A stretch of 64,000 bases of DNA from Dimorphilus gyrociliatus (Eukaryota > Animalia > Annelida): NCBI GenBank assembly GCA_904063045.1, contig CAJFCJ010000013.1:1284156-1348155 (forward strand). Direction: 5' to 3'. Below are positions 51,818 to 64,000 of this stretch, piece by piece. The position numbers were made by a program, and so were the translations under genes. The notes under the pieces are model-generated. The model saw only the letters and a program-made list of their open reading frames with translations. It was not told where the DNA came from and ran no database searches. Numbering within the stretch: position 1 is the first letter of the stretch; each line of letters opens with the position of its first letter.

Positions 51818-53709
51818 TTATGGTTTCTTATATTCTACTTTTTCGACCACAACGTCGTCGTCTCTAATTTTGTATACATAAGCAACAATGGTAGTCTTTT
51901 GAATATCGAGGAGGACAAATGAAGGTATTACGTCTCTGAAAAAAAAAATAATACAATCAAACATCCTTCTTTATCATTTTACGGATGGTTAGGTAAATAG
52001 GACACATATACATATATATATAAATATATATACCTATCCAGAGTATTGTAAGCTCCAGTAGCCGAACCAGGGTTAATGAAAAATTTGTTTTCATGCTCAA
52101 AAGCTTCGAATTTGTGCGTATGACCAGTAATTAAAATATCAACATCTAACTGTCTCTGTAGATAAGAAAAAAACAATCTTAATACAATTATTAATCTTTT
52201 AAAAAAGAAAATATCTACAATTATTAAAAATACATAAAATCATTTTTTGCTCTATTTTTAACAGCAAAAGAAGGAGAAAAAATCATAGTATAAACAACTG
52301 CGTGATAAGATATAAACACTGTTTAAACTAATAAAAGATGAATAAGAAAAAATAAATAATAAAAATAAATAATAAAAAAAAATCTATTAGAAAAATTTAA
52401 AAAAAGAAATATGTGGTTCATAAACACAATATAATATTTGTATATATATATATATATATATTATATATACCGCTATCCAGGGGTGGAAAGTCTTGTGTTT
52501 AGTTTATTTAGTTTACTTATACTTTCGTTTTAAATAGAAGAAATTGAAAACTAAATTCTTATTCCGGTGTTATAATTTGAAAAATAATTATCGATAGCAT
52601 TTTTCTATAATTAAAGTAGTTTTTCCCCAAATTTTAGCCAACTTTTTCAGCAACTTGTTTGATAATTTGCTTACCGTTTTTATAAACGGCCTTAGTTAAG
52701 GATCTCGACTTTCTAACATTTTTCTACAATGTTCACGTCAAATTGAAATAGCGAAAATATACAGGGATTGAACAGCTATTCAACAGATCTAGCTTTTATT
52801 CTGAGCAATCCAAATATCTGATATTTAGCCCTTCTTCTAATAAGCTTCTATGTGTCCCAGTACAGCTTTAGTTTCTAGGGCAGTGTCCTGTTCTATAGTT
52901 ATTAGTTTTTCCTCTTTTCACACTCAAATACTTTAATTGTCAGGCTTGTAAAATTAAATGTACCTATCTTCGTTGCTCTATGACACTACTCGTTCCTCTT
53001 TAGTTGTTAAGAAAAATATCCCTCATTGTCCTCTTTCTGTATGTTTTCGACAAAAATATATTAAAGTGGCTACACAAAATTTTCCACCACTATAAAAAGC
53101 TTAAAAAATGAATTTTTTTCTAAAGAAAAAATGTAAACTGACTAATTGTTCTTTTAAATTGAAGAATGTTCTATAGTTTTTGATAATGAAAGGAAAGAAA
53201 AATAATAATAAGTAATTTACTTGAACGATAGCTAATGATTCCATATCTCCCCAAGGTATAATCTGATGTCCGTGACATAATCCTATTCTAAATTGGCCAA
53301 CTGTAACAACTTTCTGCTCTGGATAAGTTGATACCTAAATTGTTTATTTAGAGTAATAAATACAATTGTTAAAAAGGTACCATATGTATACAATACCTCG
53401 TCGAAATCTCCTTTTACAACATGAACATCATTAGCCAAACTTTTAAGATAATCGTACGTTTCTCTAGTACATAAATTGCCAGTACATAAAATATGCTGTT
53501 GACAATATAATTTACATATATTTCAATTGATTTATCTCAAATTAACCTGAATTTTTCCAGGAACAAGTAATCTCTTAAATTTAGCGGGTAACCCGCCGCT
53601 TCTGTGCGGAATGTGTAAGTCTCCTAAAACTAAGACTAGCTGAAATTTAAAATTATATAATTATTTATATTGTAATAGCAAATTGGTTTTTTTTCCAACC
53701 ACGAACCAT
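51818..53709 (-). CDS. VPS29: Retromer subunit VPS29
   Basis: ATG-only first exon, then [76 protein letters not shown] and PSFVLLDIQ. Confidence 0.96.
52478..53092. mobile_element. Decayed TIR DNA transposon or MITE (Tc1/mariner-like ends) in a VPS29 intron
   Basis: CAGGGGTGGAAAGTCTTGTGT (52478-52498) and the reverse complement of 53072-53092 (TAGTGGTGGAAAATTTTGTGT) match at 17 of 21 positions. TA flanks the right end. The interior has no intact ORF. Confidence 0.5.
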
Positions 53710-53777
53710 TGTAAACACAAGGATAGTTAGTTTTTAATTCTAAGCTATTGGAATACGTATTATCGCTCGTTGTTACT

Positions 53778-53872
53778 GATTGGTTGAAGGAAAGAAGAAT
53801 CAGTGGGGGCGGAACCGGTTACCGTTCACCATTAACCGGTTAGGGATTTACATCAGAACGCTAGATGGCGTC
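53778..53872. promoter_or_regulatory. VPS29 upstream motif cluster (CCAAT, GC box, two AACCGGTT, CTCF-like)
   Basis: GATTGG near 53778, GGGGGCGG near 53805, AACCGGTT at 53813-53820 and 53834-53841, and CTAGATGGCG at 53861-53870, forming a GC-rich island 70-160 bp upstream of the ATG. Confidence 0.45.
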
Positions 53873-55011
53873 CAAATCCAGGGGAAAAGTTTTCCTATGC
53901 AAAAATGATAGGAATAACTTAAATAATGCACATAAAGAATTTACTTGAACATTAAAAAAGATAAATAAATGAGTTTAATATGTTATAAATAGTAGTAGCA
54001 TTCCCTACTCCAAAATCTTACATATTTTAAGGTTACTTATCGAATATTTACGTACATTTTATCAAATCGACCTCAGTATTTCTCGCTTCAATTCCTGCTA
54101 AAGTACTTTTTTCTCGTACGGTTCGGTGAGCCTTATAGATACCAAAGCGAATGATTAAAAGAATTCTAATAGTTTTATATGTCCGTGACCATAACCGTAT
54201 TTCATTACTAATCAAGCACGTACAGTCATAAAATTTTGCAGAAGCGGATATTGCATGATAGTAATTGATTAAAGATTTTAACTATCCTTGATTCCACGAA
54301 TGAGAACATGCCCTTCTTGTATCTTTTTACCTACAACCCGTCATGCCTTAATTAATTTCTTTCTCATTAAAAGAGAAGATTTTATATATTAATAATAAAG
54401 AGGGGAAGAGAGAGAGAGAAAGAGATAAATACTATGTGCCTATAAGGAATATCTATACATTTGTACTCTTTCGTGTAATAGTATTTTAAAATTATTATGC
54501 CTATTTCACCTATCTTTGATACCAGATAATATTGCTGCAATATTTGAATGAAGGAGGAGAAAAAGAACGATTGAGAGGAATAAAGAGAGAGAGAGAGAGA
54601 GAGAGAAACCTTCTCTTTTATGTTGCTTTCACTTTCTTCTTTTTTCTTTTTTTTCCGCTTAATAATTATTGTTTTCAAAGAAAAAAATGACATTTCTGAA
54701 TTACTTAAAGAGACAATATAATTTACTGTTTATATCTTATTTATGTAGCTAGTGTCCGTTCGGCGTGAGCACATACAAAGAGGAGATATTGACAAACTAT
54801 GATCAATAGTTCGCCTATTCTAAAAGGTAGTTCCAAGTTTGTATTGTTAAGGTGAAAACTTGACGTAAAATTACACTGTTTCTTAGTGACTGGAATAACA
54901 ATAAGTCGATTTACTGAATGAATCTTCCAAAGCAAAAAATCAACTGGTGACTATAGGAACGCGGCGTTTATTCACCCTCAACCATCAAAGTGACGCCGAC
55001 GTCATTTAGCT

Positions 55012-55947
55012 ATGCAGCTCGCTAACGATAAGCTGGCGTTATTCCGAGATTCTAAAACGTTAATACGCCTACAAAATGGTAAGTTGATTGAAGAGGATGT
55101 AGAAGAAAACAAAAGTGTAGAAGTAGTGGATTTGAAAGATGACGTCGTCAAGTTTATACAGATACAAATGGATTATCTGTTTGTAGCATTAGATAATGGA
55201 AATGTTAAAGTTTTTACTAAAGACCGGTTTGAATTAACGCAGACATTTTATTTTGATGGAACTTTATCGTTTTTAGCCGTTCACTACGTCTTTTCAGAGT
55301 TTGGAGTGGTCCTTAATGGAACCATTATCAATTTTAGAGATGCTAAGTCTCATAGGGAAGAAAAGTTACATATAGAGTTAAAAGATTCTAAAGTTACTTC
55401 TATTATAGTTACGGACTTAAAGCAAATAGCTTACGGAACAAACTTGGGCAGAATTTACGTTTGGAATAATACAGGTTCAACTGAACATGTGTTTTGTTTA
55501 GAAGGCCATAAAAGTTCGGTAACTCAGCTCCAATCATGCAAATCGAATATGGCATCTTATTGCGAAGAAGAACGCTTTGTAAGCATTTGGTGCATTGAAA
55601 CGGGAAAATTCTTGAACAAACTACGTTTTCCTTCGGATATCGGTTTATTGACAAACATTTTCCTTACAGAGAATTCTTTAGTGACAACCGATTCGAACGA
55701 TCTGCTAATAGCAATCGATCTCGTTAATAAGACAGAATATTCTAGGCTTAACTTGAATTCAAAACCCGTTCAAGCGGTCCTTTCCGACTTGGAGGATAGT
55801 TTTTTGATGATATCGGAGAGTGGCTCATTTGAAAAATTCCCAATAACTTCTCCAACAGAAACCTGCAGAACTGAATGTTGGCTGGATGAACAAAAGGATC
55901 GTATATCGAATACGAGTACTTCGTCCAGGACATGCGCAATACTTTGA
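55012..55947 (+). CDS. Divergent WD40/beta-propeller protein with a C-terminal CaaX (CAIL)
   Basis: Single 311-aa ORF with repeated beta-strand blades (IAYGTNLGRIYVWN, LEGHKSSVTQL, VSIWCIETGKFL). It ends RTCAIL*. An upstream exon cannot be excluded. Confidence 0.7.
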   Translation: MQLANDKLALFRDSKTLIRLQNGKLIEEDVEENKSVEVVDLKDDVVKFIQIQMDYLFVALDNGNVKVFTKDRFELTQTFYFDGTLSFLAVHYVFSEFGVVLNGTIINFRDAKSHREEKLHIELKDSKVTSIIVTDLKQIAYGTNLGRIYVWNNTGSTEHVFCLEGHKSSVTQLQSCKSNMASYCEEERFVSIWCIETGKFLNKLRFPSDIGLLTNIFLTENSLVTTDSNDLLIAIDLVNKTEYSRLNLNSKPVQAVLSDLEDSFLMISESGSFEKFPITSPTETCRTECWLDEQKDRISNTSTSSRTCAIL

Positions 55948-56630
55948 ATGAATAATTCATACTAATAATAATGATGCTAATAAAATCAATGATTTCTTCT
56001 TTTTCTACCTCTTCTTTTTTCGTTCTCTTTTCGTTTTTACACAAAAAACCACACTATTAAAACGAATCTTTCTCTTCTTCATCTCTTTTCCTTACTCCTC
56101 TTCGATCCTTTCCTCTTCTTCTTCGTCTCCCCTACCTGTACATTATTATCTTTATACATTCAATGGATATAACTATATGTAATCTATAAATCTAATACTT
56201 AAATAAACGAACATGATTAATAGGAATAATAAGGAAAAAGAGGGATGGTCACATAAAACGGACTAGGTAATTATGCTTTGTCAATAAATATCAATGAGAG
56301 ACAGAAAGAAATAAAGAAATTCAGAGTTAAAGAAAGAAGAGAGAGAGAGTGAGAGAGAGAAAGAGAAAGAGCGCACGCGAAAGGAAGAGTAATGAAATTG
56401 GTACATATACATACACACAATCCTCTAATTAAACAGAAAAGAAAAACAATGTCAATTTCTACTAAATTGAGGAGTTGACTGATACGAAAAGAATAAAATA
56501 CAATTAATAAGTAGGCCTATTTAATCTTAAGGCTTAAGAGATATTATTACAAAATAAGGAAGATGGAAAAGAAAGAAGAGGAAGAAGATAGAAGTAGAGA
56601 AGTTTTAATGTATATACATATATATATTTC

Positions 56631-56634
<4 letters not shown>

Positions 56635-56696
<62 letters not shown>
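56635..56696. repeat. Compound (CT)n(AT)n microsatellite
   Basis: About 18 CT units directly followed by about 13 AT units. Confidence 0.9.
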
Positions 56697-57078
56697 CTCA
56701 ATAAAATCTCTCTTGTTACATTGTATCTAAATTTTATCCCTATAAAAATTCAATAAAAAGATAAATATCTCTAGATACTTGATATTTAAATACTATAAAT
56801 TATATATTTATATATAAAACATATATATATATATATATATAAATATTCATATCAATGCATGTCAAGATGATGCATAAACTTGGATATATGAGTATTTTCA
56901 GCCTATAAGGATCAGTTGCGAATCGATTGGGGGTATTAATTAAAACGCTTCGAGTTCTGCATAGGCAAAACATTCCAGCTCCTTTACAGTTTTATTTTTT
57001 TTCTTTACTTCTTTCCCTTTCTGTTAATTCTATCTTTCATTTTTTCTTCATAAAAAAACCATATATAGAATTGGAATT

Positions 57079-60000
57079 ATGAAAGAATCGATTTTACTTC
57101 TAGCTCTTCTCTCATTAATCCAATATTCTGTTGGAGTTAGTGTCTTGACTAACTACGGTAAGGTTAAGGGAAAGCGTATAAAGAACGCCTTACCTCGTTT
57201 AAAGGATGCAAAGATTGTTACGAAAACTGTAGATATATTCTACGATATTCCCTACGCCAAGTCTCCAATTGCGAAATTACGATTTAAGGTAGGCCTAGTT
57301 TATTCTTAATAATACTTTAACTTTGTACAGTTGAAAGTATTGGCATTGGTTAGCTATTTAAATCATTAATATATTTGTTCTATTTTTCAAAAAACTACAA
57401 TTGTAATTTATCTCTTCCCTCCCACTCTTCTGCTCCTTCTTCCCCACCAAAAAAAAAGAATCCTGAAGAACCAAATGTCGAGAATATCGATGGAAGAAGA
57501 AGAGAGTTTAGCGAATGTCCTCAAATATCGAGAATTGACGGCAATGAAGATTGTTTAAAGTTGGATATCTATTCACCTTTTGAGGTTTGTTCAGAGTCTT
57601 TGTATCTCTCTCTCTCTTTCTCTTAAGTTTATTGTTCTTGGATCAACCAATTAAACGTCCATATTAATGATTATTCAATATAGCGAAGTAAAAATACAAC
57701 TTATCCCGTTATGGTTTACATACACGGCGGATCGTATAAGGCCGGAAGTAAAAACATGTACGATGGAACGGGATTATCTCAGTATGGCGTTGTTGTTGTG
57801 ACAATCAATTACAGATTAGGCATATTTGGTAATTATATTATAATTTATATAATTATAAAGGCCTATACTATACATATTGTTCATTTTTTAATAAAATAAT
57901 CAATTTGCTTGTATTTACTTTTGTTTGTATTTTTTTTTTATAAAAAAAAAATACAAACAAATTCTCTTTTTCTATATTATAGAACTTTTATTGAAAAGGG
58001 TAAAAAAAACTATCTGACGTTTAGTTTTCTACTGTAGTTTTAGTTTGTCAAATGTTTGCAATAATATATTATGTACTAACATGGTACAGCTTTTAAAATA
58101 CGACTTTTTCTCTTTTTTTTCCATGTAATAGGCTTCCTTACAGACGGAACTGACAGATTAAGAGGTAATTACGGTCTCGCTGATCAAATTCAGGCACTGA
58201 AATGGATAAATAGAAATATTCGCGCCTTCAGAGGCAATCCAAATCGAATCACTTTATTCGGAAATAGCGCTGGAGGTTCGAGCGTTGGTTTTCTATCACT
58301 TTCACCAATTGCTAAAGGTTTGTCAATTTTCTTTTTTGAAATGAGAATAGGCCTAACAGATTTCTCTCTTTCTTTATTTTTGTTTTGCATTTATAAATAT
58401 ATTTATACGCATTTTTATATAAATAAAGAATCTATATAGTTTATATTAGGATAATCGATTTGTTTAATTACCGTTTAGTTTGCCATTTGGTGAAAAAAAA
58501 TTGATCCATCTCTTTTAATGTTAAAACAAATAGGAAGAAAGGAAAACAATTAACTAGGAGTATAAAAAAAGGGCAGAAGTAAAAGGGATGGTAGAAAGTT
58601 TTTCTCTCTCTCTCTCTCTCTCTTTTTTTTTTCTTCTCTTTTCTTTTTTCTTTTATTTAATAGTTGACAAAACTTTTCTTCTTTTAATTAGGCCTATTCA
58701 ATAATGCTGTTCTTCAAAGTGGTTCGCCCACGGCCCACTGGGCCTATCATAATACAACAGCAAACTTAAAACGTCAAGCCAATTTGGCATTTAAGAAATC
58801 GGCTTGCGATCGATCAACCTTCCAAGCGTCCATTACTTGCCTTCGGAACATTTCTGTTAAGAGTCTTATAAAGCTTCAATTAAAATTCATACAGGATCGG
58901 GTGGGTTGACATTTTCCTGTCTATATCAACCGTTGATTGTTATTATTAATTAAAGTCGACGGATGGTGGAACCTTTTCGCTAAATGGAGATGATTTTAGA
59001 CCGAACGTTGATGGTAGAATAATCACCGACGATCCCCTAAATATGATTAAGAAGAAGAGATGCGGCAATGAATTCTACGTTGTTGGGGTAACAAAAGACG
59101 AATTTAGCGACATGGTGGGGATGAACTACGCCTTGGACAATGTTATTACCGATACAAGCACTAGCATGTTTGGAATGGGAAGATCTAGATTTGAAATATA
59201 TGTCTCACATGTTTTTGGTTCGGGTTTCGGTTGGGACAATTCAATAGTAGATATAATTAAGTACGCGTATACAGATTATTCTTTAAGAAAAGACCCAACC
59301 AACAACAGGAAACAATACATAAAAGTAATTATAATGTTAAATTTTTGAAGGAATAGATGGAGGCAGCCTTTTCAATAATATATAAACGTCTTTATAGATA
59401 ATGACTGATATGATGTTGGTCGCTCCGGCTGTTCGTTATGCTGATCTTCTCCAAAGGAGGAAATGCAGAGTATACTTATATAATTTCGAATTTGCTTACG
59501 ACGAAAGGGGTAGTTATCATCAGATCGAATTAGAATATCTCTTCTCTAGGCCCTTTCGTAAAAAGAAGCGTTCTCTCGATCAGGACGGTGAACGCTACTA
59601 CAACGAAAGTGACTTTAACGTCAGTCGATTAGTCATGGACATTTGGACATCGATTGCCAAATCTCGGTTGAGTATTTATTTATATAAATCTATATATACA
59701 GTATATTAATTTCTCTTCCTCTCCTCTCATTCGCTCTAGATTTATCTATCGTTTTTTGTTCAAAATTCAATGTATTACTTTTTCTAAAAAGCTAATCAAA
59801 GCGCTAATGAATTACTTTCTTGCTAAAAGAATAATAAAATACCCGCGGCTCTGTGTCATGTGACTCTAAAAGAATAAATTTTTATGTTATATTAACTCGA
59901 AAACACGACCTTTTCAGTAAAAATCTACGCTTTGATGGATTTGAATGGAAACCGTTCCGTCCTGGTGCTTATTACATATCAATCAAAGAGAGCGGAGTTA

Positions 60001-60269
60001 AAAATTATCAGCATTTAAACGCCGACAAAGTAGCGTTCTGGAACGAACTGGTACCAAGAACATTAAGAGGGATAGAGAAGATAAGAGGTCATGTCAAGAA
60101 TGAAGATATCAACGATATTCAAATGATTTGGTTATGGATAACCGGGTCACTGCTAGTATTATTCTTTCTAATAACTCTAGTACTTCTTACTTTCACCATT
60201 AGATTAAAATATTCCAACGATCAGCTAAACCGTTCACCGTATGCAACCACAGATGGCGTTCGTTTATAG
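57079..60269 (+). CDS. Type I membrane carboxylesterase/cholinesterase-family protein, neuroligin-like
   Basis: Signal peptide, [92 protein letters not shown] and [12 protein letters not shown], then a TM helix and short tail. Confidence 0.88.
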
Positions 60270-60336
60270 ATTAAAGAAATTTAAAGAGAGAGAAAGTTGT
60301 AGACATGTTTTTTCATAGATTTTTTCAAATAAACGT

Positions 60337-60374
<38 letters not shown>

Positions 60375-60383
60375 AGTTATATA

Positions 60384-60415
<32 letters not shown>

Positions 60416-61360
60416 CTAAAAAAAAGCACTTGTAAATATTTTCCACTAACTTTTTTTTCAAAGAAAAAAAAGTTTCAATATTTCGTTTAAAAACAGAAAT
60501 AATTCATACAAATTCTTTTTCATCAATACATACACAAAAAAGAACAATATTATTTTTCGACAAATTAACTTTATACGTGTAATGTATTTTTTCTCTGCAG
60601 AGTATAGTAATTTTTTTTTCCATTCAGTCATTTTTATAGTATTGAAAAAAAAAAAGAAAACAAAATACGTACGTATTTACCCATATTCTTTTTTCAATCA
60701 ATCTATTTTGACTGTAACACACATATATATATATATATATATATAAATTCTTTTTTTTCCATAGTCAAATATGACAGTTCATTAATTTTTCTTTTTACTT
60801 CCTTACAAACAAAAAGCACAGAAATATAGTAAGAGGTTCTTTTTTAACATAATAAAAGTTTTTGTTACATAAGAGAAAACAGGGGTTGATTTTTTTTTTT
60901 TAAAAAAAATTTTTATTATTATATATAAAACTTACTATATATATATATAAAAAGAAGAAATTAGATGATTTTTTTAAAAAAAAAAAGTTTCTTTATAAGG
61001 AAGTAAAAATAAAAGGACATGCTTCATTAATTTAAAAAAAAAAAACTTTTGACATGTTCTGTATAAAAAGAAAAAGTAAAATAAAGCTAAAAGAAAAAAA
61101 CAGAAAAAAAGAAAATTCCTTTTTTATGTTTTTTCGTTAAATTTTTTTTCCAGAAAGCACCATTGCGAGTGTGTATATATCATTTAGAGGTTCTTTTCCC
61201 AACCCTGTTTTTTTTTTTTTATCAACTTTCGATTTCGCCCTACCCAACCGTTAAATTTGTTTTTTTCCGTTCCATCTTTGATTTAAACATATAAAAATAT
61301 ATATATATATATATATACTAAGCGAAAATTCGTTTTCTCCCCCACGATAAAAAAAACAAT

Positions 61361-64000
61361 TTAATCTTCTTCATCAATATTGCAGAAATCCTAAAAATTG
61401 TAATAAAAAAAAAAGTAAATTTCAAGTTGCATATATATTCTATTTATACATATAGACGCCTACAATATACTTCATCTTTGTCATACTTTATAAGCACGTA
61501 GAAAAGAAAGAAGAAAAAATTCACCTGCAAAAGATTTCTGGCCAAAGTATGCTCATCATTTTCCGAATTGTCCAAGTCGTCTCCCTCGTACAAATTAGAA
61601 TTTATACGAAAATTATCCGGAGCAGTCTTACAAAGGTACTTTTTATTACTAAAATAAAAAGAAAAGAATTTCATTATTACTTCTTTTAACAGAAAATTTA
61701 AACAAATTGAAAACTATTTACGAAGACGGTGTTTTTCTTCTACTTGGAGACTCTTGGGAGAACGAAAAGTTTAAGGGAAAAGCCAACTCTTCGTCATCAC
61801 TCGATACCGAAGAAGGAGCTAGATGATTTTTTTTTTCAAGTGGTTGTAAATCATTAGTCACCAATTATCTTTCAACATGTATCGTGCTCAAGTATATTTG
61901 TTACTTACCACTCGGTGACCTTAGAGTATCAGTAGGCTCTTCGTACGAATTATCCTGAAAAATTGATATATGTTAAGCGTTGATATAAAATAAAAATAGA
62001 TAGGAAATGCGACAATAATAAAAAAAAAACTCACAAGTTCAAAGTCACTATTCTCTCTTGACAAAGGTATTTGTCGGTCCAACGCTATCTGTTATTATAT
62101 AAATAAATATACAAAATTAATTTTATTGTATATACAAAGAAACGATAACAATTTTAATTATTCTTTCTACTCGACATAATAATTAATTACCTTTTTGAAA
62201 AATTGAAATGATAGCATCTTTTCAGCAGAAGGCCTATTTACCGGATTAGGGCAAAGCATCTGAACAATAATCGATTGAAATTCGGGCGAATAATCTAGAT
62301 ACGATTAAAAATAAACATTAAAATTTTAATATTAATCAAAGTAGACAAGAATTTTGTTTGTTAATATTTGATAAAATTTCGTTTACTGTTTAGAAAATGG
62401 TGTGGAATTTTTCCAGTACGTAAATCATGCCATGCGGCTCCTCTTCTTGGTAAATTTAAATTACCAGCCAATTCTAGCATAGACATCCCCAAACTAAAAA
62501 GAGGACAAAATGAATATGTATTAGTATATATATATATATCTCTGAAAAACTTACCTGAATATATCGGCTTTTGTATTGAAGCTTTCATTCATAACTTCCG
62601 GTGCCAAGTATTTTGGATCACCCTCTTGAAAATCCGTATCCTAAAAATGAAAATCAAAGAATATGAGTAATAAGAGTAAAGATAGATATTAAGGGGAAAC
62701 ACTAAAAAAAAAATCATTGAAATTTTGTCACGTTTAACGCAATTCATCTGTCTGATAAAGCATAAATAAAAGCTTTTTCTTAGAACTTCCATCAGCTATT
62801 ATATTTAAAGCTCTTATAGAGGTCTCTTTCAGTAATATGCTTTAACAAACAATACGAATAGGTTAATTAAACAAGCCAGGAAGATAAAGAAACAAGAAAG
62901 AGAGTCTTACTTTGTCTGAATATAGATCGTGCATTATACCGTAGTCACCCAATTTGCAAATTCCGTTTAATTCGATGAAAATATTCTCTGGTTTAACATC
63001 TAAATGCACTAGGCTATGGCGATGAAGATGACTTAGAGCCTATAGTATTAACGAGAGAATAATGATTAAGTAAAAAAATAAAAAGTGATTAATCGACGTT
63101 TTATATTTACTTTAAGTAGATCAATGAGCCAGTAGCAAAGCTCAATCTCCGGAATTGACTGTTCCCGACTCACATATTTGTCCAAACTGGCATAGCACAA
63201 TTCTGTTTGAATGAAGAAACGTCTGTTCTCCTCCCAAGCTCGGAAAAATTTCACACAATTGGGATGAGATGGAATTCTATTATATTTATCAACTTCCCGC
63301 ATCTTTAATTTCCTATTGAAAATTCACTAATTATTTCTACGAGATAAGAATTATTACGTAATCTAATTACCTATCAAAGTTTCCTCTAAAGCAGTCTATG
63401 GTACGTTTTATGGCAAAAAGTTCCCCTGTAGTTTTACTACGAACTTTGAACACCTACAAGAGAACAAATAGTAATGGAATAGAAAACAGAAAAAAGAAGA
63501 CAAAAATCTTATCAAAGTACCTCCCCAAAAGATCCATTACCGATTCGTGATAAAACAATAAAATTTTCAGATAATATTGATTTATTTTTATTCAAGGTAT
63601 CAATAGAACCTTCTTTCGGTGAATTAAGCTTTAATTTATTCTGAATTTTAGCTAAAAAAAATTTGAATTAAGGAAAAGTCTAGGTAAACAACTGAAATTT
63701 GTTGATGGTATTACGCAATATGATAAGAAACATCACAAGATGAACGTTCCCACGCTGTTGACGCAGCGTTAACAATGCTACTAAGTTATACCACATTGGA
63801 GGTTCCACTCTCGAATTGATAAAATTAAAAGTTTTAATAGAAGATTAATTTTAACGGTTGAAAATCTGTTGATAGATATGACTAAGAAAGGATACGTGAC
63901 AAATAAGTGGTTCCATTTTTTCGTCTTTTCTGTCTCAACAGGCGGCTAACCGGCGGTGCACTTCTAATTAACTTGGGTGGTAGTTCTTGATGAAGTCTTA
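61361..64000 (-). CDS. PKMYT1: Myt1 (PKMYT1) Wee1-family kinase, 5' end beyond the window
   Basis: SAPPVSRL N-terminal motif, [25 protein letters not shown]...[32 protein letters not shown]...[14 protein letters not shown] and C-terminal RNLL. The last exon (DFCNIDEED*) is provisional. Confidence 0.9.

Noticed and set aside
53900-55000. Start-less 77-codon minus frame (about 54050-54280) and ORFs 54382-54693 and 54741-54935
   Set aside because: No in-frame ATG or consistent exon chain; ORF 54382 is made of microsatellite sequence.
60270-61350. TA and poly-A/T tracts between the esterase and Myt1
   Set aside because: Simple repeats in convergent 3' regions with no higher-order array or terminal repeats.

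Overview
AT-rich, very gene-dense eukaryotic (animal, probably lophotrochozoan) DNA with spliceosomal GT-AG introns, mostly 45-120 nt. About 25 protein-coding genes can be assembled by hand in 64 kb. In order: ACK/TNK2 kinase, Smac/DIABLO-like, YIPF3, a tandem ADF-H (coactosin-like) protein, serotonin transporter, SMYD4-like, MINDY1/2 deubiquitinase, a nested antisense Cys-rich GPI-type gene filling one MINDY intron, C1QBP, RNFT1/2, VKORC1-like, an intronless peptide-type GPCR, a SAM-SAM-RA-RA-coiled-coil-PDZ scaffold, CWF19L1, GUCD1, an acidic orphan, CHCHD2/10, a Tudor-domain gene, a transmembrane orphan, ARL6IP4, NUDT9, VPS29 (with a decayed TIR element in an intron), a WD40-like CaaX protein, a neuroligin-like carboxylesterase with its catalytic residues retained, and a 5'-truncated PKMYT1. 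The compaction is reminiscent of the miniature annelid Dimorphilus gyrociliatus, but that is an inference I cannot verify. The ORF track splits or misses most genes because of introns. All gene models and family calls come from manual translation and remembered motifs, with no database search, so exon boundaries and some start codons are provisional. No rRNA, tRNA or CRISPR array was seen. The most notable items are the intron-filling nested gene, the unusual SAM/RA/PDZ scaffold, a recurrent CTCF-like promoter motif, and several conserved proteins with altered key motifs.
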